Of a stretch of 64,000 nucleotides of DNA, positions 18,599 through 27,431 are shown piece after piece. Under the pieces are notes generated by a model. That model saw only the letters and a program-made list of their open reading frames with translations. It did not search any database and was not told where the DNA came from. This DNA comes from Candidatus Multivorans sp. Lineage in GTDB: Bacteria; Acidobacteriota; Thermoanaerobaculia; Multivoradales; Multivoraceae. A program made the position numbers and the translations under genes. The first letter of the stretch is position 1; the number at the start of each line of letters is the position of its first letter. The stretch spans positions 2,595,689 through 2,659,688 of the forward strand of contig OZ251997.1 of the NCBI GenBank assembly GCA_965247095.1, read 5' to 3'.

Positions 18599-19069
18599 CT
18601 GCTAGCCATAGCCAGGGCACCGGGAACCCGGGTCATCGACCTTGCCGGCGCCTACGTGCTGCCGGGTCTGTGGAACAACCACTCCCATCTCGGCGACCTG
18701 CTGCCGGACCCGAAGGGCCTGCTGCCCAACGAACCGCTGCTTCGGGCCTCGATTCGCGCCGGCCGCAACGCGATGCACGCGCTCAAGGCCGGGATTCTCG
18801 AGATCGAGCAGCTCGCCTTCCACGGAATTCCGGCCATGGGCGCCATCCAGGCCGCGACCCGAAACAGCGCCGAGATGATGGGAATGCTGGACGATCTGGG
18901 CACGGTCGAGGTCGGCAAGCTGGCCGATCTGATCGTGCTCGAGAAGAACCCGCTCGAGCACATCTCGCACATGCGCAGCCTGTCCATGGTGATCAAGGAC
19001 GGCAAGATCGTGAATCGCTCGAGAGACGAGGGGCAGGCCAGCTTCTGGGAGCTCTACCTGCAGGAGTGA
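18599..19069 (+). pseudogene. Amidohydrolase-family remnant (N-terminally truncated, large internal deletion)
   Basis: Reads GTRVIDLAGAYVLPGLWNNHSHL...RAGRNAMHALKAGI, then jumps directly to GIPAMGAIQAATRNSAEMMGMLDDLGTVEVGKLADLIVLEKNPLE. The TIM-barrel core expected between these blocks is missing. Confidence 0.6.
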
Positions 19070-19264
19070 GGAGCGGCGCGGTGAACCTACCGCCCGGACG
19101 ACGTGCCCGAGGTGTTCCGGGAGCACTTCGTCAAGTACACGTACTTCGAAGGGCCGAACGGCAAGCGGATCCACATCCTGGCTTCGGACGGCTGGACCCG
19201 CGACCAGATCAAGCACGGCCGCAACGTGATGCGGTCCGCAGGAGGAGTCGGGTACCGTTGCGGC

Positions 19265-19864
19265 ATGCAGGAAGCCAGCGAACGCCTTGCGCAGCAGATT
19301 CGGTTTCTGGTCGAAGCCGACCGCCTCAAGCAGGTGCTGCGGCGCACCTCCATCGTTGGAAACGACCGCCGGGAGAACTCCGCGGAGCACTCGTGGCAGT
19401 TGGCCTTGATGGCCCTGGTGCTGGCGGAACACGCGGCCTTCAAGGGGCTCGATCAGCTCAAGGTGCTCAAGATGCTGGTCGTGCACGATCTGGTGGAGAT
19501 CGATGCCGGCGATACGTTCGTCTACGACGCGGTGGGTGTAGAGGACCAGGAGGAGCGCGAGGAGCGTGCTGCCGACCGCATCTTCGGGCTGTTGCCGGAC
19601 GAGACGGGGGCCGAGTTGCGCGCCCTCTGGGACGAGTTCGAGGCGCGGCAGAGTCCGGAAGCGAAGTTCGCCAAGGCGATGGACCGCCTGCAGCCGATGC
19701 TGCTCAACTACGTGAACGGCGGCGGTGTCTGGCGGAAGCACGGCGTGCGGGCGGACCAGGTACGGGAGATCAACTGCTGTATCGAAGATGGCGCGCCCGA
19801 GCTGTGGCGTTACGCCGAGGAACTGATCGAAGACGCGGTACGGCGCGAGTACCTGGCCCCTTGA
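19265..19864 (+). CDS. HD-domain phosphohydrolase (YfbR-like 5'-deoxynucleotidase family)
   Basis: Contains ENSAEHSWQLALMALVL and LVVHDLVEIDAGDT. I preferred the ATG at 19265. Track ORF 19103..19864 adds a 54-aa unrelated in-frame extension. Confidence 0.8.
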   Translation: MQEASERLAQQIRFLVEADRLKQVLRRTSIVGNDRRENSAEHSWQLALMALVLAEHAAFKGLDQLKVLKMLVVHDLVEIDAGDTFVYDAVGVEDQEEREERAADRIFGLLPDETGAELRALWDEFEARQSPEAKFAKAMDRLQPMLLNYVNGGGVWRKHGVRADQVREINCCIEDGAPELWRYAEELIEDAVRREYLAP

Positions 19865-19948
19865 GGCCGCCGCGAGCCGGCCGCCACGGCCTGACCGGGC
19901 GCGGATGACGCAACAAGAGCAGCTATGACGCCGCAAGGAGGACGAACC

Positions 19949-20566
19949 ATGAAGCCTCGAAACTGCCAACGTCTCGCCTCGGTGCTGTTGGTCTGCGTGA
20001 TCGTTGTTGCCTGCGGCGCGGCGCCGGACGAAGGCGCTGGCGCCGCCGATGCGACCGAGCCGGCGACAAGCGAACTCGCCTGGGTCAAGAAGGTGATGGT
20101 CCACGGCGTTCCGATCCTGGCGGAGACGATTCGGGCCGGCCTGACGCCGCGCGAGATCATTCGGGACTACACCCGCAAGTTCGAGGAGGCCGGGATCGTC
20201 GTCCGCGACAACCAGCTCCACATGGTGACCCCGAAGAACGACTTCCCGGCCTATGCGACCGGCTTCGACGCCGCGAAGACCCACATCTCGATCGACTCCC
20301 ACGGGCAGATGAAGGGCGCCCGCCCCGAGTCGGTCGAGACCTACTTCGGCCCCCGGATCGGCTCCCTGGGCCCGGATTGGTCGAAGGAGATCCCGCTCGC
20401 TCCGTACCACCACTTCGTCATCGAGTACTTCTTCTACATGCCTTCGCCGGCGCCCGAGGGGCAGGACCAGTACCTCCTGTGGTGGGACCACGAGGAAGCG
20501 TTGGCGACGGAGGACGGCATCGAGTACCTGTCGCCGCCGCAGAAGGAACTCATCCTGGTCCGCTGA
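19949..20566 (+). CDS. Hypothetical lipoprotein
   Basis: MKPRNCQRLASVLLVCVIVVACG has a lipobox-like VVAC. The rest has ordinary protein-like composition. No family recognised. Confidence 0.6.
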   Translation: MKPRNCQRLASVLLVCVIVVACGAAPDEGAGAADATEPATSELAWVKKVMVHGVPILAETIRAGLTPREIIRDYTRKFEEAGIVVRDNQLHMVTPKNDFPAYATGFDAAKTHISIDSHGQMKGARPESVETYFGPRIGSLGPDWSKEIPLAPYHHFVIEYFFYMPSPAPEGQDQYLLWWDHEEALATEDGIEYLSPPQKELILVR

Positions 20567-22045
20567 TCACACCAGCAACTTCTCCAGCCGCGCCACCACG
20601 TCCGGCTTGGCGGCGGCGATGTTCTCGTCCTCGAGCGGGTCCGCCTCCAGGTCGAACAGCTCCTTCTCCTCCTGGAAGCCGTCGACCAGCTTGTAGCGGT
20701 GGTCCTGGACCAGGCGGAAGCGCCCGCTCGCTGCGTTACCCGACTGGAGAGCGGAGCGGACGTACTCGCGGTGCTCGCCCGCACCGGCATCGAGCAGCGG
20801 GCGCAGTGACCGGCTCTGCATCTCCTCGGGAACCCCGGCCTCGCCATAGTCCAGGCTGGTCGCGGCCAGGTCCATCAGCGAGACGAGCGCGTCGCTGCGG
20901 ACGCCGCTGGCGATACCCGGCCCGGCCATGACCATGGGGACCTTCCATGAGGCCTCATGGGGCAGGCCCTTGCCCCAGTAGTCGTGGTCGCCGAGCATCT
21001 CGCCGTGGTCGCTGGTGTAGATCACGATCGTGTCCTCCAGTTCGCCACGCTCGGTCAACCGCTCCTGGTAGAGCCCGATCCAGCGGTCGATGTTCTCGAT
21101 CATCGCCGCGTAGTTCTGGCGGATGCGGATGTGATGTTCCGGCGTGAACGGAGACGGCGGCGCCAGCATTTGTCCAACGCGCGCAATGCCCTGGTAGTTG
21201 TGCGGCTGCGGGAAGTCCTCGATCACCCGATCCGGCCCTCGGTACTCCCGTTCCATGCGCTCGGTGATGTCCATGGGCGGATGCGGCCCGTTGAAGTTCA
21301 CGTGCAGGAACCAGGGGCTTCCGTCGGGGACGCCGTCGAGCAGCTCCATGCCGGTGCGCGCCGTGTAGTTGTCCTTGTAGGCGTGGTCGCCGATCGGTGT
21401 CGGGTCCGTCATCCCCCACCAGTTGACGTGCCGGGGAAGGCGCCGCTCGCTGATGTCCGCGTTGTGGATGTCCTTGAGCGGCGGGTCGAGCGAATCGAGC
21501 CAGAACCCGTAGGGCTCCGTGTCTCCGCCGTTCTTGCTGCCGGTGATCAGCATGTCGGAGAAGCCCCACTCCTCCATGTGCAGCTTCCCGTCCGGACGCC
21601 GGCCGTCGGGACCCTTGTGGAGATCGATCTTGCCGCAGCCCATCGTGTGGTAGCCGCTGTCGTGGAGGTGCTTGAAGAAGGTCGGCCGGAGCGCCGCGTT
21701 GTACTCGTCGCGGTTCCGTTCGACGGTGCAGTTCTCGTACTCCATGCCGGACGCCAGGCACGACCGCGAGGGTCCGCACACCGGCGCCGGCACGACCGCC
21801 TGGGTGAAGTCGACGCCCCGGGACGCTAAGGCGTCCAGGTGCGGCGTCGGCACCGGAATGTCCGGGTTCCGCCCCACCCAGTCGAACCGGTGCTGGTCCG
21901 AGATGAGAAGCAGGATGTTCGGGCGCTTGATGGCCCGTGGCCCCGGTGTCTGCGCGCCGCCGCAGCCGGTGAGAGCGGCCGCGGTTGCCGCGGCGCCGGC
22001 AGTCAGAACCTCGCGGCGGGAGAGAAGGTGGTTGCGACGGTTCAT
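20567..22045 (-). CDS. Cys-type sulfatase with Tat-like signal
   Basis: MNRRNHLLSRREVLTAGAAA is a twin-arginine-like signal. Also PNILLLISDQHRFD and CGPSRSCLASG. The start was set at 22045. Confidence 0.9.
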   Translation of the reverse strand: MNRRNHLLSRREVLTAGAAATAAALTGCGGAQTPGPRAIKRPNILLLISDQHRFDWVGRNPDIPVPTPHLDALASRGVDFTQAVVPAPVCGPSRSCLASGMEYENCTVERNRDEYNAALRPTFFKHLHDSGYHTMGCGKIDLHKGPDGRRPDGKLHMEEWGFSDMLITGSKNGGDTEPYGFWLDSLDPPLKDIHNADISERRLPRHVNWWGMTDPTPIGDHAYKDNYTARTGMELLDGVPDGSPWFLHVNFNGPHPPMDITERMEREYRGPDRVIEDFPQPHNYQGIARVGQMLAPPSPFTPEHHIRIRQNYAAMIENIDRWIGLYQERLTERGELEDTIVIYTSDHGEMLGDHDYWGKGLPHEASWKVPMVMAGPGIASGVRSDALVSLMDLAATSLDYGEAGVPEEMQSRSLRPLLDAGAGEHREYVRSALQSGNAASGRFRLVQDHRYKLVDGFQEEKELFDLEADPLEDENIAAAKPDVVARLEKLLV

Positions 22046-22161
22046 GTCGACTCCTTGCCTGGCAGCTACGGCCTGTCTATTCTTGTGGGAACTTCCTACA
22101 ATGTTAGCAGGCGGTGGTTGTGTCTCGTTGAGATCCGACGCCGGCGCTGGAGGTAAGCGGC

Positions 22162-23634
22162 ATGAGCGACAAGAGCACCCGGCGCAAGTTCCTGCGCCAG
22201 TCGTCGACCCTGGTCGCCGGCAGCGGTCTGGCGGGTCTCGCCGCCTGTGCCGATCCGAACTCCCAGATACCGGCCGACGCCGCGGGACGCCGGCCGAACT
22301 TCCTGTTCTTCTTTCCCGATCAGCACCGGTACGACTGGATCGGTCTCGACAACTACGCAGTACCGCTGTCGACGCCGCACATGGCACGGCTCGCGCGGAC
22401 CGGGGTCAACTTCACCTCCGCCGTGTGCGCGGCGCCGACCTGCGCTCCCTCGCGCGCCTGCCTCGCGTCCGGCATGGAGTACGACCGCTGCGGTGTGCCG
22501 GACAACAGCTACGACTATCTCGTCGACCGGCCCACCTACTACGGTCTGCTCCGCGATGCGGGCTACCACACGATGGCCTGCGGCAAGCTCGATCTATCCA
22601 AGGGGAGCAGCGACTGGGGGCTCGAGGGAACGAACCGCGCCGACGCCTGGGGCTTCTCGGCGATGATCAACAACGCCGGCAAGGGCGCGGGCATGTCCTA
22701 CCTGCGGGAACCGGTCGGTCCGAGTGACCCGTACTACGGCTTTCTGGACGCTCTCGAACCGCCGCAGGGGCGGCTCTGCGCCGAGGACATGGCCCGGCGC
22801 AACGCCACCAGGCCGGAGGGTTGGTGGGGAGACACAAGCCCCTCACCCCTCGACCCGGACGCCTACTGCGACAACTGGCTCGCCCGCAACGGCCTCGACC
22901 TCCTCGATCAGGCGCCGGCCGACAAGCCCTGGCACCTGGTGGTGAACTTCGTCGGTCCACACCCGCCGATGGACATCACGCGGGAGATGGAGCGCAAGGT
23001 GCGTGGCCAGGAACGCGTCCTCGACGGACTGGGCCTGCCGCACCACTACACCGGCTCGTTCACGGCCGAGCAGCACCTGGGCTCGCGCCAGAACTACGCC
23101 GCGATGATCGAGAACATCGACATGTGGCTTGGCCTGTACGTCGACATGCTGGAGGAGAAGGGGCAGCTCGACAACACCATCATCGTCTACTCCTCCGATC
23201 ACGGCGAGATGCTCGGCGAGCACGGGCGCTGGGGCAAGGGGGTGCCGTACCGGGCATCTGTCGGCGTGCCGCTGCTCCTGGCGGGACCCGGAGTCCGGCA
23301 AGGCTTCCAGACTGGCACGCCGGTCTCGATCATGGACCTCGCGGCGACCTTCCTCGACTACGGCGGCGTAGACGTCCCGGGCGAGATGGATAGCCGCTCG
23401 CTCCGGCCGTTGCTCGAAGGCTCGACCGACAGCCACCGCGAGGTCGTGCTCTCCGGCCTGCGGGACTTCAGGATGGCGTGGGACGGCCGCTACAAGCTGG
23501 TCCGTGACTACGGCGACGAAGAGTGGCGGCTGTGGGACCTTCTGGCCGACCCGGAGGAGTCGCGGAACCTGGCTTCCTGGCAGCCGGACCAGGTGCGACG
23601 GCTGAGGGAGTGGTTGCCGCAGCGGCGCGCCTGA
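22162..23634 (+). CDS. Cys-type sulfatase with Tat-like signal (paralog of 20567..22045)
   Basis: STRRKFLRQSSTLVAGSG is the signal. Also PNFLFFFPDQHRYD and CAPSRACLASG. It is collinear with the divergent neighbour along its whole length. Confidence 0.9.
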   Translation: MSDKSTRRKFLRQSSTLVAGSGLAGLAACADPNSQIPADAAGRRPNFLFFFPDQHRYDWIGLDNYAVPLSTPHMARLARTGVNFTSAVCAAPTCAPSRACLASGMEYDRCGVPDNSYDYLVDRPTYYGLLRDAGYHTMACGKLDLSKGSSDWGLEGTNRADAWGFSAMINNAGKGAGMSYLREPVGPSDPYYGFLDALEPPQGRLCAEDMARRNATRPEGWWGDTSPSPLDPDAYCDNWLARNGLDLLDQAPADKPWHLVVNFVGPHPPMDITREMERKVRGQERVLDGLGLPHHYTGSFTAEQHLGSRQNYAAMIENIDMWLGLYVDMLEEKGQLDNTIIVYSSDHGEMLGEHGRWGKGVPYRASVGVPLLLAGPGVRQGFQTGTPVSIMDLAATFLDYGGVDVPGEMDSRSLRPLLEGSTDSHREVVLSGLRDFRMAWDGRYKLVRDYGDEEWRLWDLLADPEESRNLASWQPDQVRRLREWLPQRRA

Positions 23635-23683
23635 GGGTCCGAGGGCTCGGTTCGATCCTGGGCCGACGTGTCCAGGTGGACCA

Positions 23684-23959
23684 TCACGGACCCGTTTCCC
23701 GGCGCCATCCGAATCTGCGGGAGGCGCGGATCTCCCGGAGTTCGGCGTTTGTTTCCTCTCTGGGCCGCGTGGGCGGTGCCTCGCGGAGGCGGGTGATCAC
23801 TTTCAACATGCGAAGATGCTCGACCTCGCTCAGCCGGTCGGCCCGGGCTGCGAAGTCGGCTACCGCCTCGCGGACGACCTGACTCTGCGGTTTGCCGAGT
23901 CGCTCTGCCGTGCGGCGGATGCGGCGGACCGTCGCATCATCGAGGGAATACGTGACCAT
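23684..23959 (-). CDS. Ribbon-helix-helix (CopG/VapB-like) antitoxin-like protein, apparently orphan
   Basis: The last 91 aa of track ORF 23684..24703 read MVTYSLDDATVRRIRRTAERLGKPQSQVVREAVADFAAR.... No toxin ORF is adjacent. Confidence 0.6.
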   Translation of the reverse strand: MVTYSLDDATVRRIRRTAERLGKPQSQVVREAVADFAARADRLSEVEHLRMLKVITRLREAPPTRPREETNAELREIRASRRFGWRRETGP

Positions 23960-24003
23960 GACCACAACGCGGCAAATCCTGCCATAGCTGCCGGTGGATT
24001 CAC

Positions 24004-25050
24004 CTACCAGGTGAGCTGACTCTTCATCCAACCCGACGTGTTGTGGAAGTCCGACACGGCGCTGCCCGGCGGCACCAAGGCGTCGCAGGCGGCGGCGATC
24101 TCGGGGTCGAGCGTCATCTCCTGGACCGCCACGAGTTCGTCGAAGTGTTCGCAGGTCCGGGGGCCGATCAGCGGCGCCGTGACGCCCGGCTGGTCCTTGC
24201 ACCACAGGATCGCCAGTTGGGCCGGCGTGATCCCGGCCTTGGCCGCGAGCTTGGCGAACTCGACGCCGACCCGGACGGCGCGCTCGGTGACCCGCCGCGC
24301 GTAGTACTTGCCGAGCAGGTCGGCACGGGAGCCTTCGGGGTACTGGTCTGCATCGGCGTAGCGGCCCGCCAGCACGCCCATCCCCAGCGGCGCCCAGGCG
24401 AGGATGCCGAGGCCGTGCTTCTGGCACAGGGGGATCAGCTCGTTCTCGATCCGGCGGTCGAGCAGGTTGTAGGGCGATTGCTCCGACGAGAAACGGGCGT
24501 AGCCCTTCATCTCGCTGACCATCAGCGCTTCCATCACGCTCCAGGCCGGATAGGTCGAACAGCCGATGTACCGGACCTTGCCGGCCCGGACCAGGTCGTC
24601 GAAGGCGCGCAACGTTTCGTCGATCGGGATGCTGAAGTCGGGGCGGTGGGTCTGGTACAGGTCGATGTGGTCCGTCTGCAGGCGCCGAAGCGCCGCGTCG
24701 CACGCGTTGAGAATCCCGGCCCGCGAGAGTCCCTGCTCGTTCGCGTTGTGCCCCGCCACGTGCTCCGACCGGGCGAGACCAGTCTGTTCGTCGAACTGGC
24801 CGGGATAGACCTTCGTCGAGATCACGACCTCGTGACGCCGGCCGGTCTCCTTGAGCACGCTGCCGACGATCCGTTCGGCTTTGCCATCGCCGTAGATGTG
24901 ACCGAGGTCGATCAGGTTGACGCCGGAGTCGAGCGTCCGCTCGATGATTCGCCGCGCTTCGTCTTCCGGCGTCACGTCGCCGAAGTTGCTCGTGCCGAGG
25001 CCGAGCGGCGAGACCTTCAGGCCGGTGCGGCCGAGGGTGCGGTAGTTCAT
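24004..25050 (-). CDS. Aldo/keto reductase
   Basis: Contains MNYRTLGRTGLKVSPLGLGTSNFG, LRRLQTDHIDLYQTHRP and GKVRYIGCSTYPAW. Confidence 0.9.
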   Translation of the reverse strand: MNYRTLGRTGLKVSPLGLGTSNFGDVTPEDEARRIIERTLDSGVNLIDLGHIYGDGKAERIVGSVLKETGRRHEVVISTKVYPGQFDEQTGLARSEHVAGHNANEQGLSRAGILNACDAALRRLQTDHIDLYQTHRPDFSIPIDETLRAFDDLVRAGKVRYIGCSTYPAWSVMEALMVSEMKGYARFSSEQSPYNLLDRRIENELIPLCQKHGLGILAWAPLGMGVLAGRYADADQYPEGSRADLLGKYYARRVTERAVRVGVEFAKLAAKAGITPAQLAILWCKDQPGVTAPLIGPRTCEHFDELVAVQEMTLDPEIAAACDALVPPGSAVSDFHNTSGWMKSQLTW

Positions 25051-25132
25051 TTCAGGGTGGCTCCTCTGTGTTCCGGGGCTGCTGCCAACGAGCTCGTTGG
25101 CAACAGGATTGTTGGCAAGACGAGCCGCCTTC

Positions 25133-25931
25133 CTACATGCGGTCCGCGAGCTGCAGCGCCGGATCGAACAGGCGATTCGGCGCCTCGTCCTCGCCCAGGA
25201 GGAACCGGATCTCGTCGTCGTAGCCGGTCATCTCCCAGCGGCTGAGCGAGATCGGGATGATGCTGCCGGCCAGGAACTCGTCGATGAAGTCTCTGAGCAC
25301 GAAGTCGTCGCCGAGTTGCATCGCGCGTTCGCGGAACAGTTTCATGAAGTGGGCCTTGCCGACCACGACGCCGGTGTGGAAGCCGGGGAAGCGCAGGTTG
25401 TTCGTAGATGCGCGCCTCCCGAGGGGCGGCCCAGATCGCGATCGTGGCGAGATCCGAAGCGCCTTCGGTCAGGTTGGACCTGGCCTGTTCGTAGATCTTC
25501 GGCACCGCTCGCAGGGTCGTCCGGTACTCCTCCAACTCTCCGTCGTCGAACGGCGGCTCGAGTTCGAAGAGGGTCCGGAAGCCCGCCATCGCCGGTCCGG
25601 CGCCGCCCTGAGACATCAGGTAGAACGCGGGATCCCGGGACCACGGCCGGGTCACCCGATGGTGGAAGTCGAGCCCGTTCATCTCGGCGCGGACCAGGTG
25701 ATGGTCGATCTGCTCGGAGACGGGCCAGTCGTCGATTTCGATGGCGGCCAGCCGCGCCTTGTAGTCCTCGAGCCCTTGGCGTTGCCGCTCCATCGCCTCG
25801 GCGGTGTAGTCGGACACGCCGCCCACGATCTCGGGCTCCTGGAAGACGCGGAAGTCCTCGAAGAGCTGCAGGAGACATGCGGGCTCCTTCTCAGCGAAGT
25901 GGCGGGTCTTCTTGGCGTCCGAGAGGGCTAC
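25133..25931 (-). pseudogene. DUF885-like gene remnant (no start, internal deletion plus frameshift)
   Basis: Frame A (open from 25931) reads SDAKKTRHFAEKE...QIDHHLVRAEMNGLDFHHRV...YEQARSNLTEG. Near 25400 it switches to frame B, FHTGVVVGKAHFMKLFRERAMQLGDDFVLRDFIDEFLAGSIIPISLSR (track ORF 25133..25366). The central catalytic part is absent. Confidence 0.55.
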
Positions 25932-26166
25932 TCACTGGCAAGCTCCGCGATTGACAGGAGTTATCCATGAGGCAATAGTCAGTGTGTGCTCGGCCAGGAG
26001 ACCGTGCCCGGGCGTCCCACGTTGGGCATCGCCGACCTCCACCGCCGATGGTACTCCTCGGGCGGAGAGAGGGTGATACCGTGCCCGGCCCCCGGAGGGG
26101 CACTGACCTGCCGGTCACACTCCAGAGGCGATGGACGTCCGGTGCCCCGGACCAGGGTTCGCGGCA

Positions 26167-26934
26167 ATGACTAACTCCTCCCGGCCAAATCGCATTCGCA
26201 CACTGGCCAACGCGCCGATTCGCGAGGCGCTGATAGACCTCCGCTGCGAGTTGCCGGAAGGTCAGGACGCCGAGCTGTTGGCCAGATTCGATGCCGCTCA
26301 TCGGGGGATCGAGAGCGAGTTCCCCGAGAAGGGGAAGAACTACGCGGCGAGTGTTTCTGCCGAGTTGAAAGAAGGTACGGATCCAGCAGTTGCCGCGACC
26401 GCGGCGTTGCGTGGATACCACTTCAGGAACTCTCAAGGAGACAAGATCGTCCAGTTTCGCCTTGATGGCTTCACTTTCAACAAGCTGCGCCCCTATACGA
26501 AATGGGCGCAACTCCGGGCGGAGGCTGAGACTCTGTGGACGAAGTACAGGTCGTTGTTGTCGGAAGTTCGGGTTACGAGGGTTGGCGTCCGTTACATCAA
26601 CGAGATCCAGGTTGCCCCCGGGGTCGGTTTCGAGACCATCTTCGTAGAGCCCCTGAGACAGCCGCTGGGCTTCGGTCAGGGTCGAATTCGGCAGTCTTTG
26701 GAGCGACTTCAAATCTCGAGTCACGACGCCTTCGAGAGGACGATAGTGACCCGCCTAGCTAGAGAAGAGAAAGCGGGGTTCACTGTGATCCTCGATATCG
26801 ACGCCTTTGCCGTGGCGCCAGATGGGGCCTTCGAGGACTGCGAGGTGTGGGCGCGTATTGACGAACTTCGTAGCCGGAAGAACGAGATCTTCTTCAGCAG
26901 TTTGACTGCCAACGGAATCGAGAGGTACGCATGA
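26167..26934 (+). CDS. Uncharacterised protein, resembles the TIGR04255 family
   Basis: Contains APIREALIDLR, RVTRVGVRYINEI and a TVILDIDAF pattern. The family assignment is from memory and not searched. GC is lower than in the surroundings. Confidence 0.65.
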   Translation: MTNSSRPNRIRTLANAPIREALIDLRCELPEGQDAELLARFDAAHRGIESEFPEKGKNYAASVSAELKEGTDPAVAATAALRGYHFRNSQGDKIVQFRLDGFTFNKLRPYTKWAQLRAEAETLWTKYRSLLSEVRVTRVGVRYINEIQVAPGVGFETIFVEPLRQPLGFGQGRIRQSLERLQISSHDAFERTIVTRLAREEKAGFTVILDIDAFAVAPDGAFEDCEVWARIDELRSRKNEIFFSSLTANGIERYA

Positions 26935-27431
26935 GTCTAGTTGCCGTAGAAGCTCAGGATTGGGTGGGACAACTCGGGAGGCGGCGCTCGACGGCTGTTG
27001 GGCCGGAGGCGTTTCGAATCGATAGGGAGGAAGAGACTTCGGAATCAGCAGTCTCCGCATGGCAGTTGTCGAGACAGGATGCCAGGAGGAACCTGTGGGA
27101 GATCTTCGAAGAGGCGTCCGTTCCCGGCTGGGACGGTGACGATGCCAGGCCGCTCTCGCGCCGCGCGAAGGACGCCGTAGTCGATGCTCTCTTCACCCTT
27201 GCGCCCCATGTACCGATTCCCGAGATAGTGCCTGAGCCCGACGGTGGCGTGGCCATGCAGTGGTCGAGTGGCAGTACGCACTCTCTGATTGTGAGCTTCG
27301 GGCCGGATGGCGACCTCTATTTCGCCGTTCAGATTCCGGGTCGGCGAGAATCGGGCCGACGCCCTTTCGACGCCCAACTTCCCTCGGATCTGCTGGGGCT
27401 CGCGAAGGAGGCCGCGGCTGACGATCCGTGA
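26931..27431 (+). CDS. Hypothetical protein
   Basis: 166-aa ORF. Its ATG overlaps the upstream stop (ATGA) and is preceded by GAGAGG. Composition is protein-like. Confidence 0.65.
   Translation: MSLVAVEAQDWVGQLGRRRSTAVGPEAFRIDREEETSESAVSAWQLSRQDARRNLWEIFEEASVPGWDGDDARPLSRRAKDAVVDALFTLAPHVPIPEIVPEPDGGVAMQWSSGSTHSLIVSFGPDGDLYFAVQIPGRRESGRRPFDAQLPSDLLGLAKEAAADDP

Noticed and set aside
18595-18605. The 11-mer CTAGCTGCTAG after the CRTAC1 stop, whose reverse complement CTAGCAGCTAG recurs at 34734-34744. I considered it as a possible engineered multi-frame stop linker or a recombination scar.
   Set aside because: A single shared 11-mer pair is expected by chance in 64 kb read on two strands. Neither flank shows further similarity.
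23684-24703. The 339-aa track ORF overlapping the aldo/keto reductase gene.
   Set aside because: It is antisense or out of frame to a clear AKR gene and Arg/Pro-rich. Only its last 91 aa (23684-23959), which lie outside the AKR gene, form a plausible RHH protein.
25951-25985. A perfect TTGACA hexamer followed 17 nt later by AATAGT, as a promoter for the TIGR04255-like cassette.
   Set aside because: The -10 match is weak and the site is about 210 nt upstream of the proposed start. This is not enough evidence to call a promoter.
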